DNA of 64,000 nt, taken from contig OX442314.1 of assembly GCA_949358305.1 (NCBI GenBank), forward strand, positions 11,160,001 through 11,224,000, read 5' to 3'. Origin of the DNA: Strigamia acuminata. Lineage: Eukaryota. Positions 54,921-64,000 of this stretch are shown in pieces. Both the position numbers and the translations under genes were made by a program. The notes beneath the pieces are model-generated. The model made no database searches. It saw only the letters and a program-made list of their open reading frames with translations, and had not been told where the DNA came from. How positions within the stretch are numbered: the first letter of the stretch is position 1; every line of letters begins with the position of its first letter.

Positions 54921-55883
54921 TGTGGTGATCTCAAAATATTCACCAACTTAGAAGATTAAATTAATTATCTTCTAATTAATTTGACTGTGGCACACGCCAA
55001 GTCAGATCATGTGACCGAGGGGAGAAATCCTCTCTAGGCACATATCACCCCAGGTTGTCCGGGGTGAAAACGGTTATTAGCCGTTATGGTGCAATATGGT
55101 GTAATAACCACTAGTTGCACCCATTTGAGCTAAGTGCGCAGGTTTTCTGCGCAATATTGAAGCGTGCTGGGCTCGCGTCTTGGCTCAAATCGGGACTCTG
55201 AAAAATACAACAACAACCTCAACATCACTGCGATATTTGCTCCGACAATACGTATTGATAGAGGACCGTTGTAACTCAGTTTCATCTGCTATCTTTGTGT
55301 CATCCAAAGCACAAAGCCAGCAATTCAGCTTGAATTAGCCGTCGCTAATTCCAGCTATCGAGAAGAAGAAGTTTCCTGATCCAAGTGAACCATCGCCATC
55401 GTTGCCGCGCGAACGGCAACCATCGCCATCGTACCTGGACCAGACGCCTACAGCCGTCAACCACCGCCGCCGAGCCGTCGCACGAGCCGTAGAAGAAACC
55501 CACGAGAACCATCGTCTTCGACCATCGTTCGTGAGTTTGCCGAGAACGAAGACATTTGCCTTCGATCAACAACATCTCGTTGTTTAAGCGCCATTTCTGA
55601 CGCTTTGTAGCTTGCAACAGTCGTTGCAAGCCCTTCCTTTGTTCCCGCTCATTTATTCTTGCGACTTGTCGCATTCTGTGATATTTCCATCGTTTTTAAT
55701 ATATATTGTAATTTAAAGAATAAATATTTGTGTGATTTTTATTACCATATTAAATTGTGCCTTTATTTCCCTAAACTTAACCCTAGACAAGTTTCGGCCG
55801 CGATATAAGTCTTGTAAAGCATTCACCTGCGGTTTCTGCTTAATTTATTAGAAATTAAGTGGATAAAAACCCGGATCGCAGCA
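54921..55883 (+). repeat. 3' LTR
   Basis: Direct repeat of 43542-44504, followed by the GCTT TSD. Confidence 0.97.
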
Positions 55884-55976
55884 GCTTTTATCATATGTTT
55901 ACGTATTTTCAAGCAGAGTTATTCGCGTAATAACAAATGTAGCCAGAAAATGGCCGAAGAAATAGACCAATCGCAA

Positions 55977-58017
55977 TTAAGTGAAAGTGACGCTGTCGAT
56001 ATCGACGTCGCCAGCAATCCGGATATTAGTCGCTTCATTGTACGGAAGTCGGTGTCCGAAGTAACAAAAATGCTGTTCGTTCGTAAAAACCGAGAAGAAA
56101 TCTGGTTCGCAAGCGATTTTCAAATTAAATCGTATGTCGGGCATCAAATTAAATCGTGTGTCGAGCATCAAATGCATAAACGGGGTGTCGATCTGCTCTT
56201 TGCCCCAATTTCCGCCAATGCAAGAATTCCGCACGACATATCGATCAGGGTTAAAACGAGGATTGAGGTGGAACAGGATATCGCCTGTCGTTTCATTATA
56301 CAAATCAACATGAAATCTATACACAAAAAATAAAAAAATTCAAGTGTCGTACATTTGAAATAATAAATCAAAATAAATTGAAATAAATTCTATTTTTACA
56401 CTGTAGATATGTTCCAGAAAAAACTACCAGTATATAAATATAAGCATAAACATGTAAAAAAAGACTAGAGAAATTCCCTAAATATTTGGTAGAAAATATT
56501 TTTCCTTAATATTTTAAAAAGGCAATTTTTTTAAATCACATAAAAACGGAAATTGAATTTATTTTTCTAGACACTAGCTGCATTCAAAAACTAAAATATT
56601 TTGTGTTTTACTTCAATTTTAAACCAAAAATGACATCATTTCCTGTTTAAACCCATGTTAAAACTTAAAATACACTTAAACTAAAATTGTTATTTTACTT
56701 TTTGAATGCAGCTAGTGTTAAATAAAACTAAAAATCGTGAGTACTGCTTGGGAAACGACTTCGGACTGCCGACAATCGTGATCACTTTTCCGGGCCCCAT
56801 CCAGCCGCGAATTGGATACTCAAAAGGTAATACCTACATAAGATTGAATGTTTTATTTTATTTTACGTTATTTTATTTTTAAATTTTATTTTTTAGACCG
56901 GGAAATTGACAGGTGGTGGTCCGACGGTTTGTGCGCTGTCGCCGTGCAAGAGCACTTTATCGATCATGACATCACCGACGATCTGCAGGGTGTTTATATC
57001 TTGAAATGGCAAGCGATGTGCATACCCGCAGAAATGCTGTCCATTTATTCCGATCTGTCGTGATTTGAAACGAAAAGAAAAAAAAAAGGAAATGTTAGGA
57101 ATTTTACTCGTGGGCTGGTCGCTGCCCCCAACTTTCCTGCCGAGCACTGATGGCAAAAATAAAAATAATTTATTACACCACAAAAATGGCGTGAAAGGAG
57201 AAATTTAATTTGTGAAAATTGAGAAAAATACCAATTAAAAATAACAAAAAAAACCGGAAATCCAAATTAAACTCAACTCCAAGGTCCCAAATCAAACAAA
57301 ATCTAATGGAAACAGCATGTGGACAGCTGCCGTTCTTACAAATTGCTCTAAACTACGAATTAGATCGATTTAAGGATTTTCTGCTCCAATTTAATAAGAA
57401 AGAATCTCGCCCTAGCTGAGATTCGATCATCTTAAAGTAGATGTAATAGCCCTAATGGGAGTGTTGATCCAACCCAAGCACAAGGCTATTCCATAGCGTA
57501 TAATTTAAGCGGTATACAAATTTATATTTACCTTGAATTCATTCGGTTCCACGAGAAACATCAATTGAAATGGACGGTTTCTTACTATGGTCATAATTCC
57601 CGAATGTTCTTCATGTCCCCAACCGGTCGAAGGTGTGTAGGTGTTTCTGTATATTTCATTCTCGTTAAAACGAGGGTTAAAATGAAACGCTGTTGGTGAG
57701 CGGATCTTTTCGTCAAAAATCGGTCCAGAAGCAAAATTAACTTGAAATCTGGTTCCAAAAATAGAAAATATTAATATAACACTATGAAAGAATCTTTTCC
57801 ATATCTTCTACTACACCGGTAAGCATTATTCGGTACAAATCCCTCTATTGTAATGATGCATCCTGGCTGCAGACCTGATTCAAATCTGTCGACAAATGGA
57901 ATTGCCTATAAATAAATAAATAAATAAATAAATAAAGGTGTTAAATAAACATTTTCCAGGTGTTGTAGAACATTAAAATGTAGTTACTGGTTGGATAACT
58001 GGCTGAAAAGGTCGCAT
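55977..58017 (-). CDS. Tandem-repeat galectin, copy 4
   Basis: MRPFQPVIQP first exon; N-CRD AFHFNPRF...RNT...WGHEEH; C-CRD LFHLNPRF...VVRNS...WGKEQ with an in-frame 7-aa duplication. Confidence 0.92.
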
Positions 58018-58801
58018 TTTTTGTTGTAGTTGAAGGTTTTAAAGGGACACACCCAACTATGTGCAAATCAAGGTAACTTGAATCTGGTAGACATTGTTGA
58101 TGGCTTTCAGCTAGTCATTCCACTGAAAGAACCAATGGAAAATGTACCTAAAATTATCTGCTGACTTGTACTGTTTCGATACGTGTTTACTTCGATAATT
58201 CGACTCTAAATTTGGAGTTGTTTCGATGGCCTGAGATGGGAGTCTCTGGGCCGCTCAGAACCGTGTGTTTCAGTCGCAACCGCTTTATTTTCTAGTTTGT
58301 TTATATTTTTGTACAATTGGATTTAGTTATACAATGCAGTAGTTTTCTCTAATTATCGCATTATAATTCTTGCGGATGATTGTTCCAAACAACAACTCAT
58401 TATTCCTTGAGGATTTTAATAGATTTGTCTCTTTTCAGGTGCAGAAAAGGTATCTTCGACTCATTTGACGCATATAAACGGTGTGGCCATTTTGGTTTAA
58501 TTTTTTACACACAACAGGCGCGCATTTACAATTTACGTTTGTAAAGACAGAATGTACACCAAAAACAAGCACCAAAAACCGCTCGCACACTGGAGTTGCT
58601 TTTGAAGTGGTTTATGTCATGTTTTGGTTTTGGCAACCAAACTCAAAATGGCTGCCACAAAAGTCACATCGAGGGGTCACACTTTCCAATCGTCGTATTG
58701 CTTTCAGGCGATGCATCCACCTTCTAAAACGTGAGTAAATGCGTAAATGTGCTCAAGCAAGTGAGCCACAATTCGTTAGTTGATTGGAATGATGGAATTT
58801 T

Positions 58802-60761
58802 TGTTGTGTTTTTCCGTGCTTGTTGTAGTTGTATTTTGAAGTGTAGAAATATAAAGAAAATGGACAGAGGGTTTTAGCACATGCTCACTGCTCGAGCTCT
58901 ACTACCTCACTGCTTTATTGCTTAAGTTTTAACAAGGGAGTGCCCCACATATGGTGGCCTCACAGATAACATCAAACAAAAACACACTCATAAAATTTGG
59001 GGGTTGCAGAACACCCCTATATCCCCTCAATTACAAACACAGGGAGCAATTTAAGGAGAGCAATTAAAACATGAATAACAAACAGTAAAGTAAAATGTAA
59101 AGGAATAACACTAGGATTGAAAGTATAGAAAAAGAACATAGAAATTGAATCATTGTAATTGAACACATTGTAATTGAAATAAATTGTAACACTGGAATAG
59201 TAGTGCAAATAGTTGCACGAATTTGTGGTACACCTTGTAACACACTCGAAGTTGTAACATTGTGGAAGCAGTGCAAAACATTGCACGAATTGTAAAGGTA
59301 GTGCAACACATTGCACGAATTGTAAAAGTAGTGCAAAACATTGCACGAATTATAAAACAATTTGTAAATCAAATCAAAACAACTTGCATTAAACATTGAA
59401 GCAAGAATTGGAATGAACACTGAATAAAATGAAATACAAAACGAATGAATAAAACTGAAATCATTAGAAAAAGTACATTGTAATTCATTGAAACAGATGA
59501 GTTAGAATAACTCTCCCCTCCCCCAAAAGAAGCTGGAAACAGCTAGTAGAAATCTAGAACATGGGTTTCAGTGACCACAGTGTTAATGGCGGCCGACGTA
59601 GCTCCAGACGGCATGGCAGCAGACCAGCAGGCGACCTGAATTTGGCCTGTTTTGCCGCACGCATGGCACCTGGCCTGCCGAAACTTACAATCTTGTCGGT
59701 GATGGTCTGTGGCGCCACACGAGAAGTATTTCCCCCGACCATCATGTGGTTGCTGTTGGAGACTTGCTGGGTCCACTGGGCGCGACTGACCTTGTGAAGA
59801 AGGGCCGGAACCTTTGTGGTGGTTATTTTGCTGTTTTCCACCTTCTTGTACTTTAAAAACATCAGCTGCTTTCTAGGCCGGAGCCGACGCAAATGCTGAA
59901 ACCGCCTTTGAAGAAACTTCGGCAGCAGAAGCAAAAGCCACCGCTGTTTCGAAGGTTAGATCGGCCTGAAGTGTCAGCGAGTGTTGAACATGTTGGTTTT
60001 TCAACCCACACACGAACTGGTTGCGAAGTTCATTGTTTAAATTGTCCCCAAAGTTGCAGTGCTTCGTCAATGCCTGCAATGCATTGGAGAATTCCGCGAC
60101 CGTTTCTTCTGGAGCACGTGTTCGAAAACAAAATGTAAAAATTTCCGCCATTACAAGCGGCTTCAAGCGCGTACGCGTTTCCATTAAAGCAACCAAGTCG
60201 TTGTATTTTAATGACGATGGCTCTTTTGGCAGTCATATTTGTCAACAAAGTAAATGCTGGCATTCCCACATATGACAGGAGTGTATGAACTTTCTCCTGG
60301 TCGCCCACAATTTTGTTGCATGCGAAAATTGACTTCATACGTGAAATATACGTGGTCCAATCGTCCGCCAAATCAAACTCACGCGGCGTTCCTTTTAGGG
60401 CAGCCATGGTGCACAGAACAATGGAGGGATCGAAAAAAAAAATTTCACTTTTAAAACTCACAAAACAGGAGAATAGGCCTCGCAACTGGAGTGGAATGGA
60501 TGGATTTGAAGCAGCGTGAATTCGTGTCGTACCTCGTCGCCAATTGTTGTGTTTTTCCGTGCTTGTTGTAGTTGTATTTTGAAGTGTAGAAATATAAAGA
60601 AAATGGAAAGAGGGTTTTAGCTCGTGCTCACTGCACGAGCTCTACTACCTCATTGCTTTATTGCTTAAGTTTTAACAAGGGAGTGCCCCACATATGGTGG
60701 CCTCACAGATAACATCAAACAAAAACACACTCATAAAATTTGGGGGTTGCAGAACACCCCA
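58802..60761 (-). mobile_element. Non-autonomous, internally deleted Gypsy (Mag-like) LTR element, 1,960 bp
   Basis: 217-bp LTRs (58802-59018 and 60545-60761, about 6 differences), ATTTT target duplication, PBS TGGCGACGAGG, PPT GAGGGGA; gag only. Confidence 0.9.
59543..60407 (-). pseudogene. gag: Frameshifted gag of the small LTR element
   Basis: MAALKGTPREFDLADDWTTYISRM... then a frame change to EETVAEF..AL..L..HCNFGDNLNNELRNQFVCGL, and two degenerate knuckles (CGATDHHRQDCKFRQARCHACGKTGQIQVAC). Confidence 0.85.
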
Positions 60762-61707
60762 ATTTTTAATCGCCATTTTCTTTCAAGACGACAAAACCCC
60801 AAAACTACGCCACGAACCGGCTCAAAAACGAATACATTCACAATTAGGCAAGTTTTTGCCTTCTGTTTTTGCTGTTTATTAAAACACTACACTCTACACT
60901 CCACTGATGGCACTTGAGGAGTGTTTATGCTTCTTGTCAAGACATCAGCGAGTCTTACTCTTACTAGTGGATAGAAACGTGGAACACGTGGCTCGCAGAC
61001 GTTATTCAATATTGGTTGTGACGGGACGGGAGTAATTATTGAGGGACATAAGGTCTAATATTAACACACATTATGGGGTAGTTAGAAGGCTGCACTGCAA
61101 GGCTTCTTGCAAGTCAAGGCTCTGAAAAGGAGGTTTTAGAGTGGCAGGGGGCCACTCCTACTTCTGGAATGTCACTTGAGGAGTGACAGCAAAGGGATAT
61201 AAATTTCTTTGAGGGCAAGGGTGACAGTAAGGTCAAGAATCTGTCTTGGCCATCCACGGTCGGGTGCTGTTGATCAACAACACCACCTAGTGAAAAGTAA
61301 ACAAGAAGTTGGTTTCCCTGCTGAACAAATCCAACATGGCGACTGTCTTGACTTTAAGGTTTATACCGGGTATTTAAAAAGTACTTATGGCCACGGGTTA
61401 ATAAACCCACATGTATGCCTATGACACGTTAATGACAAATATAGCCTCGAAGCAAGACTTTATTGATACTCAAACCTTACATGGTGAGGTCGGGGACGGA
61501 TCACGAAGGAATTTAAGAATAACTATTTTCTTTTTATTTTGCTATAACAACTTTTATTGAACCAACAACTGTTTAACATAATTGTACAAGGGTTAGTGGC
61601 TTTAAATTGCTTTTATCATATGTTTACGTATTTTCAAGCAGACGCAGAGTTATTCGCGTAATAACAAATGTAGCAAGAAAATGGCCGAAGAAATACACCA
61701 ATCGCAA

Positions 61708-63621
61708 TTAAGTGAAAGTGACGCTGTCGATATCGACGTCGCCAGCAATCCGGATATTAGTCGCTTGATTGTACGGAAGTCGGTGTCCGAAGTAACAAAA
61801 ATGCTGTTCGTTCGTAAAAACCGAGAAGAAATCTGGTTCGCAAGCGATTTTCAAATTAAATCGTGTGTCGGGCATCAAATGCATAAACGGGGTGTCGATC
61901 TGCTCTTCGCCCCAATTTCCGCCGATGCAAGAATTCCGCACGACATATCGATTAGGGTTAAAACGAGGATTGAGGTGGAACAGGATATCGCCCGTTGTTT
62001 CATTATACAAATCAACATGAAATCTATAAACAAAAAATAAAAAAATATAAATGTCGTACATTTGAAATAATAAATCAAAATAAATCGAAATAAGTTGAAA
62101 TAAATATTTTTCCTTAATATTTTAAAAAGGCAATTTTTTTAACCGTGTTAAATCAAAAGAAATCACGTAAAAACGGGAATTGAATTTATTTTTCTAGACA
62201 CTACCGGTAGCTGCATTCAAAAACTAAAATATTTTGTGTTTTACTTCAATTTTAAATATAAAATGACATCATTTCCTGTTTAAACCCATGTTAAAACTTA
62301 AAATACACTTAAACTAAAATTTTTATTTTAATTTTTGTATGCAGTGTTAAATAAAAATAAAAATCGTGTGTACCGCTCGGGAAACGACTTCGGACTGCCG
62401 AGAATCGTGATCACTTTTCCGGGCCCCATCCAGCCGCGGATTGGATACTCGAAAGGTAATGCCTACATAAGATTGAATGTTTTATTTTATTTTACTTTAT
62501 TTTATTTTTTAATTTTATTTTTTAGACCGGGAAATTGACAGGTGGTGGTCCGACGGTTTGTGCGCTGTGCAAGAGCACTTTATCGATCATGACATCACCG
62601 ACGATCTGCAGGGTGTTTATGTCTTGAAATGGCAAGCGATGTGCATACCCGCAGAAATGCTGTCCATTTATAGCGATCTGAAGTGATTTGAAACGAAAAG
62701 AAAAAAAAAAGAAAATGTTAGGAATTTGACTCGTGGGCTGGTCGCTGCCCCCAACTTTCCTGCCGAGCACTGATGGCAAAAATTAAAATAATTTATTACA
62801 CCACAAAAATGGCGTGGAAGGAGAAATTTAATTTGTGAAAATTGAGTAAAATACCAATTAAAAATAACAAAAAAAACCGGAAATCTAAATTAAACTCAAC
62901 TCCAAGGTCCCAAATCAAACAAAATCTAATGGAAACAGCATGTGGACAGCTGCCGTTCTCTAAACTACTTATTAGATCGATTTAAGGATTTTCTGCTCCA
63001 ATTTAATAAGAAAGAATCTCGCCCTAGCTGAGATTCGATCGTTTTAAAGTTGATGTAATAGCCCTAATGGGAGTGTTGATCCAACCCAAGCACAAGGCTA
63101 TCCCATAGCGTATAATTTAAGCGGTATACAAATTTATATTTACCTTGAATTCATTCGGTTCCACGAGAAACATCAATTGAAATGGACGGTCTCTCACTAT
63201 GGTCATAATTCCCGTATTTTCTTCATGTCCCCAACCGGTCGAAGGTGTGTAGGTGTTTCTGCATATTTCATTCCCGTTAAAACGAGGGTTAAAATGAAGC
63301 GCTGTTGGTGAGCGGTTCTGGTCGTCAAAATTCGGTCCAGAAGCAAAATTAATTTGAATTCTGGTTTCAAAAATAGAAATTATTAAGATTACACTACGAA
63401 AGAATCTTCTCCATATCTTCTACTACACCGTTCAGCATTATTCGGTACAAATCCCTCTATTGTAATGATGCATCCTGGCTGCAGACCTGATTCAAGGCTG
63501 TCAACAAATGGAATTGCCTATAAATAAATAAATAAATAAAGGTATTGATTAAATGTTTTCCAGGTGTTGTAGAGCTTTAAAATGTAGTTACTGGTTGGAT
63601 AACTGGCTGAAAAGGTCGCAT
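61708..63621 (-). CDS. Tandem-repeat galectin, copy 5 (recent duplicate of copy 4)
   Basis: Near-identical exons, introns and flanks to copy 4; N-CRD ALHFNPRF...WGHEEN; C-CRD LFHLNPRF...WGEEQ. Confidence 0.93.
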
Positions 63622-64000
63622 TTTTGTTGTAGTTGAAGGTTTTAAAGGGACACACCCAACTATGTGCAAATCAAGAATGCAGCAGTTAAAGTGTTAACTT
63701 GGATCTGGTAGACGTTGTTGATGGCTTTCAGCTAGTCATTCCACTGGAAGAACCAATGGAAAATGTACCTAAAATTATCTGCTGACTTGTACTGGCACTC
63801 AGCCAGTCTGAACATTTTTATTTTTTTATTTCATTCTCTCTTTTTAAAGACCTTGACCATATATTTCTAACCAGACAATAGAATTGAATGAATTTATTTA
63901 CATTTTAACTTTTTTTTTCAAATGGGTCTTATTGATTTGTTAAAAAAAAATTAAAGTTGCTTTAATTGATGTAAATTTTCAACTGATGTTATGTAATGTG

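Larger units (their letters stand above)
43542..55883 (+). mobile_element. Full-length intact Ty3/Gypsy LTR retrotransposon, 12,342 bp
   Basis: 963-bp TG...CA LTRs, GCTT target duplication (43538-43541 and 55884-55887), PBS, PPT, gag, pol (PR-RT-RH-IN) and an extra ORF. The empty site is preserved in the paralogous sequence near 61609. Confidence 0.98.

Noticed and set aside
55950..56333. Plus-strand ORFs over galectin exons (also 61681-62040 and 33543-33797)
   Set aside because: Antisense shadows of galectin coding exons.

Overview
AT-rich invertebrate (animal) genomic DNA with mostly short GT-AG introns; the organism cannot be identified from this window, and the ORF track misses most genes because they are spliced. 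Gene order: 3' end of TTC7 (+, last intron about 15.3 kb, full of MITEs and minisatellites), calmodulin (+), EAPP (-), glycogen phosphorylase (+, with a duplicated, probably mutually exclusive exon), then five two-CRD galectins (-) interrupted by a divergent RPB7/POLR2G (-). The galectin array holds a HINE/DINE-like element, a gag-only non-autonomous LTR element and an intact, very young 12.3-kb Ty3/Gypsy element (43542-55883). The most unusual feature is that this Gypsy element carries, after pol, a third non-env gene. It reconstructs as three exons joined by two phase-compatible spliceosomal introns (818 aa), preceded by its own promoter-like motifs. Also notable: 12 replacement versus 1 silent change in one sugar-binding exon between the two youngest galectins, a galectin lacking the key Arg in both CRDs, a candidate nested antisense micropeptide gene, and a structured element in the calmodulin 3' UTR. 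All alignments, counts and folds were done by eye.
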